64,000 nucleotides of DNA from a virus (taxonomy: Duplodnaviria > Caudoviricetes). Positions 7,533 through 17,414 of the stretch are shown here, in pieces. The position numbers and the translations under genes are program-made. The DNA lies in the IMG/VR virus record IMGVR_UViG_3300010429_000664, positions 1 to 64,000 of that record; one strand, given 5' to 3'. Positions within the stretch are counted from its first letter, which is position 1, and every line of letters begins with the position of its first letter. The notes beneath the pieces were generated by a model, which saw only the letters and a list, made by a program, of their open reading frames with translations, was not told where the DNA came from and did no database searches.

Positions 7533-10376
7533 ATGCTGGAAAAAATCACGGAAGAAGAATTAAATTTTCTCGAATGTTGGTTTTATCCTATAGCCAACGC
7601 CGAATGTCTTTTCTCCGACTTCGACAATCTATCTGAGTTCGACGAATCGCGCCTGGGCGAAATGCGATTATATCAATATCCAATGCTTTCTTACGAAGCT
7701 ATCGTTGACGATATCACACCTAAAGTTACCGCCAAGACTAAATTTAAATGGCATAAGATGTTAGGAGATGGATTCAACTTTGGCGCTCGTAAATACGGCA
7801 AATGCGAAAAATCCGATTCATTATGTTTGTTATCTGACGGAACATATCATCCATATAGCGAATTAGTAAACACAGAACGTTCGGTCTTTTGTTTAGATGA
7901 GAATACTCAAAAAATAACTTCGGCTTTAGCCAGATTTGCAAATAATGGTGTTAAAGAATGTTTTCGAGTTGAACTTAAAACCGGAAAATATATCGAAATT
8001 ACTTCAAATCATCCTCTTCTTACAAATTACGGATGGAAAACAGTCGAAGAACTGATTTTCAATAAAGAGGTATTAATTGCGACTCCTAACTGTATACCTT
8101 GTTGCGGAATAATAGAACCTTCCAAAAATTTAGCCAAACTTTTAGGTTATTTACTCGGAGATGGAGGAACATCAATACCAAACGCAGTCTCATTTACAAA
8201 TATAAATGCAGAAATTATTAAAGAATATCACGAAATAGCGGATTACTTTAATTGTAAAGTAAGATTTGACGGCGATTGTGGTTATCATGTTAGTAAGAAA
8301 GACTATCAAAAATCGGGATATGAAAAAGGAGTTGGAATTATTCGTGGAGAAGGTCATAAACTTAATGTCATATCTGAAATAGTTATTAAATACGGAATAG
8401 ATAAACTCGCAAAAAATAAAACAATCCCAGAGGAAATATTTAGTTGGAAAAATGAATATATAGCAATTCTTCTGAATCGCTTATTTGCTTGTGACGGGCA
8501 TATTAATAAACTCTCTCGTCAGATAGAAATAGTTTTAGCATCAAAGAAAATGATTTATCAAATTTCTTCGCTTCTCTTACGTTTCGGAATAAGAGGTCGT
8601 ATTTATTATAAACCTGTTATATTGAAAGGTAAAAAATTTGACTCTTGGAGATATACAATATCTCAGGATTTTAATAAGTTTTTGGATATAGTCGGAATCA
8701 AGTCCAAGGACGATGGATTTCGTATTAACTCTACTTATAGTACGGGAGATGTTATTCCGAATAATTATTACTATAAAATTCATCCAACGCTTCCAAATAA
8801 GAAAAAATACCGATTAAACAGTTTTAAAAACTATCATCCGTCTAAAGAAAAACTCTCTCGATTAAACAAGATATTTAAGAACGCTGATATAGACAAATTA
8901 TTAAACAGTGATATATATTGGGATAAAATAAAATCTATTATCAGTATAGGTTTACATCCAACAGTTATAGTAGAAGTTAACAATCATCATAACTACATCT
9001 CAAACGATATTTTTTCTCACAACAGTCTTATATGCTTAAAACTTGATATACCCCTATCTCTTCTCTATGACGACAAGTGTTGGTGTGGAATGACTTCCAC
9101 TGACGCGATACATATAGACGGCATACTTGATAGCGTAAAAGATGCGGCAGAAAACCATCCTATTTTAAAATACTGGAAAAAACAAATTCATAAAACTCCG
9201 AAGTGGTCTTTCATAGGAAAAAACGGGTGGTTACTTGACGGAGTGAATATGAATATTTTGTCGAAAAATCCCGGCCATCAATTTTACGGAAAACATTTTA
9301 GAAAACTTTTCGGCGAAGAAATGTCACACGAAAATGATAAAGTTTTTGAAAAACGCAAAGACGCTTTATCAGAACTGGGGGCGGTATTTCGTTTCTCTGG
9401 AATGACCAACTTCACTAGACACTCTCCAGCAGGTAAGGTATTTTACGACCCAAAGAATAAAGTGCATGTAATTAACTATCCGCAGTTTGTTAATCCTACA
9501 TTTGACGAAGATGAAAAACAAGAGCGTATTAAACAATACGGTGGGATGGATTCGATTGGATTTAAAGTCTTTGTTCGTGGTAAGGTCGTAGAGGACGGAG
9601 TTTCTTCTTTTGATATGGAACGGGTAAGTAGATGTTACAACGAAGACCAAGAAATAAAACGGTTTGAAATTCCCAAAGACAAATTCTCTACATACGATAC
9701 TCGGATTATAGTCGAAAGACCTAAAAACGCTACCAATGTTTACGTGGTTGGAGACGTTGGAGATGGTTCTGGAGGCTCGGAAATTCTAGTTATATCTGAA
9801 TCCGGAGAAAAATATAATTATCTATATAATATAACGCTGTACAACTTAACTCATTCTCAGCAAGAAGAAATTTTTAAATGGATAATAGGACAAGTTCAGG
9901 CCAATATAATAGCAATAGACTGCGGAGATGCTCTAGGAAGAACTTTATGCGACGGTCTTGAAAAATGCTACGGTAAGGAACGTGTAGTGCGTTACGCTGG
10001 AACGAGTAAAGTTAAGATAGACTTTGAAAAAGACGATAAGGGCAATGTTTTAATGAAAGACGGCCAGCCGGTCTATCGGGAGGAGTTCGAAAGTGAATTT
10101 GCGGTCCATCGTCTAAAACACTTGCTATATGAGGGAAAAATTAATATTCCATTAGACTTTAAATTTGACGCTCAGTTTTCGTCAGTTATGTCATTGCAGT
10201 TATCCAATCGAACAGTTTATAAATGTGTCAGTGAACGAGACCACTTATTTGACGCTTTTCGTGTTTTTGCTATCGCCGAGTGGATAAAAAAATCGTTTGT
10301 ATCGCAGCCAATTAAAAATCAAAACTGGGGAACGGGAGCCTGTAATTGGAAACGTCCGCCAAGAAAGGAGGAATAG
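7533..10376 (+). CDS. terL: Terminase large subunit, intein-containing
   Basis: Walker A GARKYGK^S (split by intein), Walker B FGEE, RNaseH-like nuclease acids VVGDVG, IAIDCG, DHLFDAFR. Confidence 0.85.
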   Translation: MLEKITEEELNFLECWFYPIANAECLFSDFDNLSEFDESRLGEMRLYQYPMLSYEAIVDDITPKVTAKTKFKWHKMLGDGFNFGARKYGKCEKSDSLCLLSDGTYHPYSELVNTERSVFCLDENTQKITSALARFANNGVKECFRVELKTGKYIEITSNHPLLTNYGWKTVEELIFNKEVLIATPNCIPCCGIIEPSKNLAKLLGYLLGDGGTSIPNAVSFTNINAEIIKEYHEIADYFNCKVRFDGDCGYHVSKKDYQKSGYEKGVGIIRGEGHKLNVISEIVIKYGIDKLAKNKTIPEEIFSWKNEYIAILLNRLFACDGHINKLSRQIEIVLASKKMIYQISSLLLRFGIRGRIYYKPVILKGKKFDSWRYTISQDFNKFLDIVGIKSKDDGFRINSTYSTGDVIPNNYYYKIHPTLPNKKKYRLNSFKNYHPSKEKLSRLNKIFKNADIDKLLNSDIYWDKIKSIISIGLHPTVIVEVNNHHNYISNDIFSHNSLICLKLDIPLSLLYDDKCWCGMTSTDAIHIDGILDSVKDAAENHPILKYWKKQIHKTPKWSFIGKNGWLLDGVNMNILSKNPGHQFYGKHFRKLFGEEMSHENDKVFEKRKDALSELGAVFRFSGMTNFTRHSPAGKVFYDPKNKVHVINYPQFVNPTFDEDEKQERIKQYGGMDSIGFKVFVRGKVVEDGVSSFDMERVSRCYNEDQEIKRFEIPKDKFSTYDTRIIVERPKNATNVYVVGDVGDGSGGSEILVISESGEKYNYLYNITLYNLTHSQQEEIFKWIIGQVQANIIAIDCGDALGRTLCDGLEKCYGKERVVRYAGTSKVKIDFEKDDKGNVLMKDGQPVYREEFESEFAVHRLKHLLYEGKINIPLDFKFDAQFSSVMSLQLSNRTVYKCVSERDHLFDAFRVFAIAEWIKKSFVSQPIKNQNWGTGACNWKRPPRKEE
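7803..9023 (+). mobile_element. Intein (407 aa) with LAGLIDADG homing endonuclease in TerL Walker A
   Basis: Begins Cys, block B TSNHPLL, LLGYLLGDGG and LNRLFACDG motifs, ends His-Asn before Ser. Confidence 0.95.
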
Positions 10377-10571
10377 ATGCGATTTAATTATTTTTTCTTA
10401 GAAGCAATGCTGTTTCTGGTTATTATCGCTTGCTGTCTATTATGCTCATGCAAAGCATTACCAATAATACCTGACAGCGAATACGACAGATATTTACGAG
10501 AACGAGAATACGATGAACGTAATAAAGACTTTCAAGAGAGAGTACCGCATATAGTTATACCAAGGAGATAA
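10377..10571 (+). CDS. Small putative lipoprotein 1
   Basis: Hydrophobic signal with LCSC lipobox-like motif. Confidence 0.6.
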   Translation: MRFNYFFLEAMLFLVIIACCLLCSCKALPIIPDSEYDRYLREREYDERNKDFQERVPHIVIPRR

Positions 10572-10572
10572 A

Positions 10573-10692
10573 ATGTATAAACTATTGATAGTTGCTATTT
10601 TAACAATAATTCTTACGTCGCTTTCTTCTTGTCTACCGATTCCTAAAGACGACCTGGGAGCGCCGGTTGGAACGTACGAGCGGTCTCGTTGA
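10573..10692 (+). CDS. Small putative lipoprotein 2 (39 aa, absent from the ORF track)
   Basis: SD AAGGAG; MYKLLIVAILTIILTSLSSCLPIPKDD..., LSSC lipobox. Confidence 0.65.
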   Translation: MYKLLIVAILTIILTSLSSCLPIPKDDLGAPVGTYERSR

Positions 10693-10768
10693 CTTGAAGG
10701 CGTTGGTGACAACGTTTACGATGCTCCAATAGAAAACATTGTAAACACGCAACATCCATAAATAGTTC

Positions 10769-10798
10769 TTGACACGAACCGTCTTTGTATGCTATAAT
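10769..10798 (+). promoter_or_regulatory. Sigma70-type promoter upstream of the portal gene
   Basis: TTGACACGAA, 18-nt spacer, TGnTATAAT. Confidence 0.85.
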
Positions 10799-10856
10799 AT
10801 ATATAAGGCATAAAGTGTGCCTATTTTATTTATTTTACATACAAACGGAGTAATCT

Positions 10857-12344
10857 ATGGACAACGGCCTATTCCTATCGACCATAATGACGTTACTCTC
10901 CAAGCGTTTGATTACCCCCGGAGAGTTTCACGCTCAATGTACAGCAGTAAAAGAACTTCTTAGAAACGACCTCACTGGACTTGTAGATTCACTAACCGAC
11001 TTCTCTGTTCAAGCGGCAGCCGTCGATTATTCCATAGAAACTGAGAATCAAAATCTTAATAAAACGTTACGTGAGTGGCTCGATAAAATTAATATCGAAT
11101 TTAACGGTCAAATTCCAAGCGGTATTAACCCAGTTGCTGAAGAATTTTTTAAAGAAAGATGGAAGGGTTCTTCCCTATGTGCTATTCGTCTTGGGAGTTG
11201 GCGTAAACTGAACGGTATCGAAGTGCCGATGAAGGTTTATGTTTTGGATGGCTCCAGCATTCACGCCAAGGCTATTTCCGAAGACGACGATTTAACCCTA
11301 ATTAACTGGGATTACTACATAACCAATCGAACGGACAGCGATAAATATAAACTATCTAAAGATGTTATTTTAACCAAGGGCAGTGGTCGCTGGTTTGATA
11401 AATATCCAGTTCCTTATATCATTAAGCGAGGCGTTTATCACAATTGGAAAATTATTGAAGCTATTAAGAATAAAGAAACTCAGATACTCGAAGAAATAAT
11501 TCCATACATGCTTTTGATTAAAAAGGGTTCCGAGGCTCTTGCTACAAATAATATAAAGACATACAGTGATAAAGAACTTACAGATACGATAGCCGATTTT
11601 CAGGCTATGGTTACAGATTTAAAAGACCAGCATTATCTTGATAAAGATATTAAAGCCCCTATTCGTGCCACTAACTTTGACGAACAGTTAAATCATCTTA
11701 TTCCCGATTTACGCACCATATTCGAACCGACATTATTCGCTTCAGCGGAAAAGAATATTCTAACTGGTCTTGGATTTATAGATGTGGCCGATTCCGTATC
11801 CTCTTCTCGCAGAGAGTCAATTTTAAATCCAAAAGCGTTTGTTGAAGAAGTTAAAAAAGGTATAGTCGATTTTAAACAAGTACTTAAAGAAATCGTCATT
11901 AAAATAAAAGATAGGAATGTCGGTAACGTTAAGTATATGAATAGCGACTTCTATATTCTCTCTTCGCCGGTCAAGGCTTTTATTGGAGACGATTTTAAAG
12001 TACAAATTCGTTCCCTATATGATAGAGGATGCGTATCCAAACAAACCGCAGTAGAGTTAATTGGAGAAACAGACTTTAAAACGGAAGTATATCGTCGCAC
12101 AAAAGAAACTGATGACGGACTTGATGAAAAAATGTATCCGCCAATAACTCAAAATCAAGAAGGGCAACCCACGGATATTCCGGGCAAACCATTGGAAAAA
12201 ACCGAAAACATACCTCTCGATAAGCAAGGAGTTGAAAAGAAAAATTTCAATCAAGCGTCTTTAGACGAAATCGACTCTCTTAAAAAAGACGTTCTTTTAC
12301 AGCAAAAAATGTTACTTGAAAAACTTCTAAAACCAAAGGAATAA
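10857..12344 (+). CDS. Putative portal protein
   Basis: 495 aa, helical, first large gene after TerL; size and synteny. Confidence 0.65.
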   Translation: MDNGLFLSTIMTLLSKRLITPGEFHAQCTAVKELLRNDLTGLVDSLTDFSVQAAAVDYSIETENQNLNKTLREWLDKINIEFNGQIPSGINPVAEEFFKERWKGSSLCAIRLGSWRKLNGIEVPMKVYVLDGSSIHAKAISEDDDLTLINWDYYITNRTDSDKYKLSKDVILTKGSGRWFDKYPVPYIIKRGVYHNWKIIEAIKNKETQILEEIIPYMLLIKKGSEALATNNIKTYSDKELTDTIADFQAMVTDLKDQHYLDKDIKAPIRATNFDEQLNHLIPDLRTIFEPTLFASAEKNILTGLGFIDVADSVSSSRRESILNPKAFVEEVKKGIVDFKQVLKEIVIKIKDRNVGNVKYMNSDFYILSSPVKAFIGDDFKVQIRSLYDRGCVSKQTAVELIGETDFKTEVYRRTKETDDGLDEKMYPPITQNQEGQPTDIPGKPLEKTENIPLDKQGVEKKNFNQASLDEIDSLKKDVLLQQKMLLEKLLKPKE

Positions 12345-12346
12345 GT

Positions 12347-12643
12347 ATGCAGATATTTAAAGATAAGGAACTAACGCAAGAGATAGGCACTAACTTTGAT
12401 TTTGGAATAGTACCTGCGGGAGAAACTCGCACTTACGAATATTATGTTAAGAATAATAAGAGTTCACTATTAAAGCAGCTAACGTTTTCTGTTGCTCACG
12501 AAGAATTAAAGATATTAGAGTATCCAACCGAAATTCAAGCATTTGATGTTAAGAAACTCGTTATTGTTTGGAGTCCTTCAGTTACTTTGGAAGAGGGTCT
12601 TCGTGTTGAATTGCGCGTTCTTGGCATCGAACTTTTTGGGTAA
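12347..12643 (+). CDS. Small Ig-like virion protein
   Basis: FDFGIVPAGETRTYEYYVKN beta-sandwich pattern. Confidence 0.5.
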   Translation: MQIFKDKELTQEIGTNFDFGIVPAGETRTYEYYVKNNKSSLLKQLTFSVAHEELKILEYPTEIQAFDVKKLVIVWSPSVTLEEGLRVELRVLGIELFG

Positions 12644-12646
12644 AAT

Positions 12647-13600
12647 ATGAACTTACGGCAGGTTATTAACTACATTTTAAAAGATGGTTCGCGTTCCTTT
12701 ACAGCTCCCATATCCGGAATAGAACCGACCTCTCCTACGCATTTAGCAACTAAAGCTTATGTAGACTCTGTTGCTGTCGGTAATCACGAGGACTTAACGA
12801 CAGGAGTTCACGGGGTAGGTTCTGGAGATACGATTGCAAAGTTCTCAGATATCACCAAAACGAACGTAGGACTTAGCAATGTCACAAATAATGCTCAGTA
12901 TTATCCGGGCGGCACTGATGTTGCAATAGCAGATGGCGGTACTGGGGCTTCTACCGCACAAGCAGCTTTAAACAATATCGTAGATACATCAGAGCGAGGA
13001 GATATTCTATATTTTAACGGTACAAACTGGGTAAAACTCTCTCATGGTGATGCTGGTAAGTTTTTGAAAACAGGAGGTCACGGTGCAGACCCTTCGTGGG
13101 ATACCGCTTCTGGCGTATCTTCTCTATCTGCTTTAACAGATGTCTCTTTTGCAAGTGGAACACCTACCGACAACAACGTTCTAACATATGATTCGTCAAC
13201 AAGTAAATGGAAAGCAGAAGCACCCGCCGGTGGTGGAACGGCAGCATTTGGAATTACAATAGATGGAGGAGACTCCGCTATAACAACCGGAAGCAAGGGT
13301 TATATAACTATTCCCTATGCTTGTACGGTTACAGCGTGGGAAATTGTTTCTGACGTTTCTGGTTCTATAGTAGTCGATGTTAAAATAGGCAATTTTCCGG
13401 CAGGAGGGGCGGCTCCGAGCACGGCTTCAATTGCAGGAACGGAGCTACCGACCCTTTCCGGAGCCATTTCTGCAACAGATACAAATTTAACAACATGGAC
13501 AACCTCTATTACCGCTGGAAAGGTTATTGAATTTGTTGTTAATGGAACTCCAACATCCGTCAAAAGAGTTAATGTTACAGTTAAAGTTACAAAGGTATAA
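12647..13600 (+). CDS. Fibre-like virion protein
   Basis: Fibre-type motifs: HLATKAYVDS, ADGGTGASTAQAALNNI, GDILYFNGTNWVKL, LSALTDV, LTYDSSTSKWKA. Confidence 0.65.
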   Translation: MNLRQVINYILKDGSRSFTAPISGIEPTSPTHLATKAYVDSVAVGNHEDLTTGVHGVGSGDTIAKFSDITKTNVGLSNVTNNAQYYPGGTDVAIADGGTGASTAQAALNNIVDTSERGDILYFNGTNWVKLSHGDAGKFLKTGGHGADPSWDTASGVSSLSALTDVSFASGTPTDNNVLTYDSSTSKWKAEAPAGGGTAAFGITIDGGDSAITTGSKGYITIPYACTVTAWEIVSDVSGSIVVDVKIGNFPAGGAAPSTASIAGTELPTLSGAISATDTNLTTWTTSITAGKVIEFVVNGTPTSVKRVNVTVKVTKV

Positions 13601-13602
13601 GT

Positions 13603-15393
13603 ATGGCTACCAAGTACTTTAGAAATAACGGAACAAGCTGGAATACTGATGCCAACTGGTCTACGACTACTGGTGGAAGTGCCGACACTACAAAACCGAC
13701 TGCTTCTGATGCCGTTATCCTAGATGATAATAGCAAGTCATCGTGCGTAATTGACGCGGCGTGTGTATGCCTGTCTTTAACATGCAATACAGCAAGTCAC
13801 GAATATGCTGGTACGTTGTCTCATTCTGGGAGCAACGATTTAACAGTGTCAGGAGATTTGTTATTTTCTTCTGGAATGACGTATACCCCAAATAGTCGCA
13901 AGATTACAATAAACGCAAACGCCAATATAAAATCGGCTGGCAAGACTTTTTATAATCTTCAGTTTACAGGTGGAACTGGAAAGACATACACTCTGCAAGA
14001 CGATGCTACAGTATCAAACACATTTACTTGTGCTACAAACGATACCGCTACTAACACTGTAAATGGATATAAGTTATACATACAAAAAGATATGGGTTTT
14101 TCTACCACTATCAGAAATAATATGACGGGAACGACAGAAGTTCATTTTACTGCCGTAAGCGGTACGCAAACAATAACTGTACCAGCGCCAAATAAATACT
14201 CTGCTATATATAATCCAGTAGTAATAAATAGCGGAGGTACTGTTACTTTTTCAGCTAATGCGTACATTTATTTCAAAAATATAACATTTACTGCTGGCAC
14301 TTTTAATTTCCCACGATACGGTTACTTTACTGGAACACTAACATACAATGGCGGTACTTTATCTGTGGGTAGCACATTGTTTGTTTTACAAAATGCAGAT
14401 ATTACGTTTTCTTCAGCATTTTTAGGGGCTATCAGCTCTTTTTATGATTTTGACTTTCGTTCTGGGGCAAGTGGCAACACTTTGACATTAGAAGCAGATA
14501 TGTACGTGTCTAATGCTCTGAGAAGTTTGGGTACAGATACAAAAACGTATACTATAAACGGTTCATATAAAATATATGCTTCTGGAGACTTTTCTTTTGG
14601 TTCACTTATATGCCATTTAGCTGGCACTAGCACTATAGAGTTTACCGGCTCAAATAACCAATCGCTATCAACGGGCGGAGCGGCAACAAACTCTATTAGC
14701 AATCCGATTATTTTCAATAAGAGTGATGGAACTTTTACATTCTCAAACTCAGAACCAGTTTTCTTGCAGGGCGATGTAACATTTACTGCGGGTTCTGTTT
14801 CTTTTGGAAGTGCTTTAATTTATTATCTAGCTGGAACTATGACGTATAATGGTGGCACTATTGATGCTGGAACTTCTACTTTACGTCCTATGTCTGGAAC
14901 ATTAAACACTGGTGGAATAACTTGGTATAATATCGCAACGTACTGTACTTCCAGTTCTACGCTAAACTTATCCGGCGATTTGAATATATCAAACAATCTG
15001 ACGTTGACTGGTAACGCTGGTGCTAGTTGGACATGGACTGTTAATACCGCAAATAGCTCTAAAATTGTTATTGCTGGTAATATCGACCATTCTTCTGCTA
15101 CGTCTAGCCACTTAACGATGGCCGGTTCTGCACAAATTTTGTTAAATGGTACTGGAAGCCAATCTATAACAGGAAACGTAAGCTACAGCAAAACGATTTC
15201 TAATGTTGTGGTGGTTACAAAAGTTTCTGGAATCTTTTCATCTATATCCAAAGTCTATTATACTAACGCTTCAGGTTTAACAGTAACAGCACCAAATTAT
15301 CCGGCAATAACGGATACAAAAGTTGCTACATCTTACGGGCAGTCATTAACTGGAACTTTAGCAGTAACAGCGGCAAATACATTTGTGAGTTAA
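13603..15393 (+). CDS. Ser/Thr/Gly/Asn-rich beta-helix (adhesin-like) virion protein
   Basis: 596 aa; NWSTTTGG N-terminus, repeated T(F/Y)T.GT/TY.GGT strands. Confidence 0.6.
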   Translation: MATKYFRNNGTSWNTDANWSTTTGGSADTTKPTASDAVILDDNSKSSCVIDAACVCLSLTCNTASHEYAGTLSHSGSNDLTVSGDLLFSSGMTYTPNSRKITINANANIKSAGKTFYNLQFTGGTGKTYTLQDDATVSNTFTCATNDTATNTVNGYKLYIQKDMGFSTTIRNNMTGTTEVHFTAVSGTQTITVPAPNKYSAIYNPVVINSGGTVTFSANAYIYFKNITFTAGTFNFPRYGYFTGTLTYNGGTLSVGSTLFVLQNADITFSSAFLGAISSFYDFDFRSGASGNTLTLEADMYVSNALRSLGTDTKTYTINGSYKIYASGDFSFGSLICHLAGTSTIEFTGSNNQSLSTGGAATNSISNPIIFNKSDGTFTFSNSEPVFLQGDVTFTAGSVSFGSALIYYLAGTMTYNGGTIDAGTSTLRPMSGTLNTGGITWYNIATYCTSSSTLNLSGDLNISNNLTLTGNAGASWTWTVNTANSSKIVIAGNIDHSSATSSHLTMAGSAQILLNGTGSQSITGNVSYSKTISNVVVVTKVSGIFSSISKVYYTNASGLTVTAPNYPAITDTKVATSYGQSLTGTLAVTAANTFVS

Positions 15394-15395
15394 AT

Positions 15396-15977
15396 ATGGC
15401 TAACAGAGATAAGAATGGTAGGTTCATAAAAGGTAATACTCCTTGGTGTAAAGGAGGAAAAAATATAAAACTTAAGGGGCATCCGTATTGGGGCGGGCAC
15501 GCTCCAAAAGGCCATCCTGATTATGTTTCTAAAGAAGCAAGAAAAAGAGCAGGTATAAAAATATCGAAAAGTCTTACCGGTAAAAAATTATCAGAGAAAC
15601 ATAAAGATAATATTAGAAAAGCTCATCTAGGTAAAAAGTTAAGCAAGGAACATGTTAGAAAATGTTTGCAACGTAGGGCTATGAGTACTTTGGAAGATAA
15701 ATTTAACAAACTGATAATTGAGAATAGATTGCCTTATAAATTTGTTGGTAACGGGTCTTTTTTTATTGAGCGAAAGAATCCAGACTTTATAAATATAAAC
15801 GGCGATAAGATAGCTATTGACGTCTATTATCGAAGGCATAAAGAACAGTTTAGGGGTGGTCTTGAAAAATGGAAAGAAGAACGTAAAGCGGTATTTGCCA
15901 AGTATGGTTGGCAGTTAATTTTCTTTGACGAAACCCAAGTCAACAGAGAAACCGTACTGGAGGTGTGTCATCGCTAA
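15396..15977 (+). mobile_element. Free-standing homing endonuclease (NUMOD3-like repeats plus Vsr/EDxHD-like nuclease)
   Basis: GRFIKG..PW.KG, GKKLSEKHK..I repeats; C-terminal STLE..F, PDF, IAIDV..H.E motifs. Confidence 0.75.
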
Positions 15978-16779
15978 CAGATACTTCATCAACGGTGGTA
16001 GCAATAATAACTGGTCAGATACAGGTAACTGGTCTACTACATCTGGTGGTTCTGGAGGTAGTGCTGTTCCAACATCGTCTGATGCAGTGTATCTCGACGA
16101 TAAGTCTCCAAACTGCAACGCTAATGCAGGAGCAACTAGAAACGCAGGTTCTTTAAATTGCACTGGATATACTAATACACTTACAATGAATGTTCAAATA
16201 TCGGTATTTGGAAATATGACTTTCGTATCTGGTATGACGTTTAACCCACAGACATACTTGTTTGTTATTCAGGGAGCGGGTAATTTCACTTCGGCAGGTA
16301 AAACTTTTTATAATATGTATTTTGGTAATGGAGCTGGATTTACGACTACGCTTGTAGATGATATTAGAGTTTCTAATGCGTTTTGGGTAGATGCTACAAG
16401 TGGAGGAACCGTGACCTTTACAGGAAATAAAGTAATTTTAACAGAAAGCGGCTATATTGCTCTTTATACTGGTAGAAATATAGCCATGACTATAGCAGGA
16501 ACAACTGAATTTCTTTTTAATGGGTCTGGCAATCAGTCAATCACATCTGGTTCGAGTACAACTTTAACTATATCAAATCCGATAACAGTAACTAAAAATA
16601 CCGGAACTTTTTCTTTGAATAAATACTTGAGTTTAACTCATGCCAACGGTTGTGTTGTAACAGCCCCTAGTTATCCCGCTATAACTGATGTTCGTAAAAC
16701 CACAGTTTACGGTCCTAGTAATGAGTATACAGGAACAATGCCTATTCCTAAAATATCAAAAACATGGGTTAGTTCATAA
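15970..16779 (+). CDS. Shorter paralogue of the beta-helix protein; probable non-canonical ATC start
   Basis: N- and C-termini align by eye with 13603-15393 (NWSTT.GG...P..SDAV.LD; VTAP.YPAITD); GGAGGTG SD 4 nt before ATC. Confidence 0.65.
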   Translation: MANRYFINGGSNNNWSDTGNWSTTSGGSGGSAVPTSSDAVYLDDKSPNCNANAGATRNAGSLNCTGYTNTLTMNVQISVFGNMTFVSGMTFNPQTYLFVIQGAGNFTSAGKTFYNMYFGNGAGFTTTLVDDIRVSNAFWVDATSGGTVTFTGNKVILTESGYIALYTGRNIAMTIAGTTEFLFNGSGNQSITSGSSTTLTISNPITVTKNTGTFSLNKYLSLTHANGCVVTAPSYPAITDVRKTTVYGPSNEYTGTMPIPKISKTWVSS

Positions 16780-16787
16780 AATAGTAC

Positions 16788-16817
16788 TTGACACGAACAT
16801 ATGAAGTATGTTATAAT
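16788..16817 (+). promoter_or_regulatory. Sigma70-type promoter
   Basis: TTGACACGAA, 18-nt spacer, TGnTATAAT. Confidence 0.85.
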
Positions 16818-16861
16818 ATATATAGGCAATAAGTGTGTTTATATTTGATTTTGGAGTTTAG

Positions 16862-17413
16862 ATGTTAGAATTTCAAGTTAACGTTTCCTATTTTTTAGAG
16901 ATAGTTTTAACGGACTCCGATGGTAAATTTGTAACCGGGGAAACCGTTACATATGATATTTATAACAGCGATACTAACGCTTCTATTTTTTCTGGAACGA
17001 TGACATCAGAAGGTAATATTTATAAAGCCGAAGTAACGTTTACAACCGCCGGTCAATATCGCGTTTTTTATAATACTCCAGCAGGTTTTGAAGATGGCAG
17101 TGAATCTATTCTTGTATCTACCTCTTCTGCCTCTGCCATAGCGGACGCGGTTTGGAATGCTCTTACGTCTAATCACTCGACTGTTAATTCATTTGCCGAT
17201 TTAATTAAAAGAGTTGCCGGTCTTTGCCAAGAAAACTATAGAGTTATTAACCCAGTGTATGACGTTCGTGGAAATATGACATCCGGAACGATTAAAATAT
17301 ATCCGTCAGCAGCAGATGTATCGGCTAATACAAATGCAATTGCAACTTATGCAATAGCAGCTACTTATAATGTTCAAAACAGAACAACCGATTATCAGGT
17401 AAGCAAGGTTTAA
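16862..17413 (+). CDS. Putative virion protein (Ig-like N-terminus, IADAVW motif)
   Basis: ORF in the head module, beta-rich. Confidence 0.55.
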   Translation: MLEFQVNVSYFLEIVLTDSDGKFVTGETVTYDIYNSDTNASIFSGTMTSEGNIYKAEVTFTTAGQYRVFYNTPAGFEDGSESILVSTSSASAIADAVWNALTSNHSTVNSFADLIKRVAGLCQENYRVINPVYDVRGNMTSGTIKIYPSAADVSANTNAIATYAIAATYNVQNRTTDYQVSKV

Positions 17414-17414
17414 T

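Noticed and set aside
15408-15981. Group I intron restoring ATG-GCT-AAC-AGA to the downstream gene
   Set aside because: The interval is entirely ORF with no room for a ribozyme core, and no register gives both a 5' exon U and a terminal G
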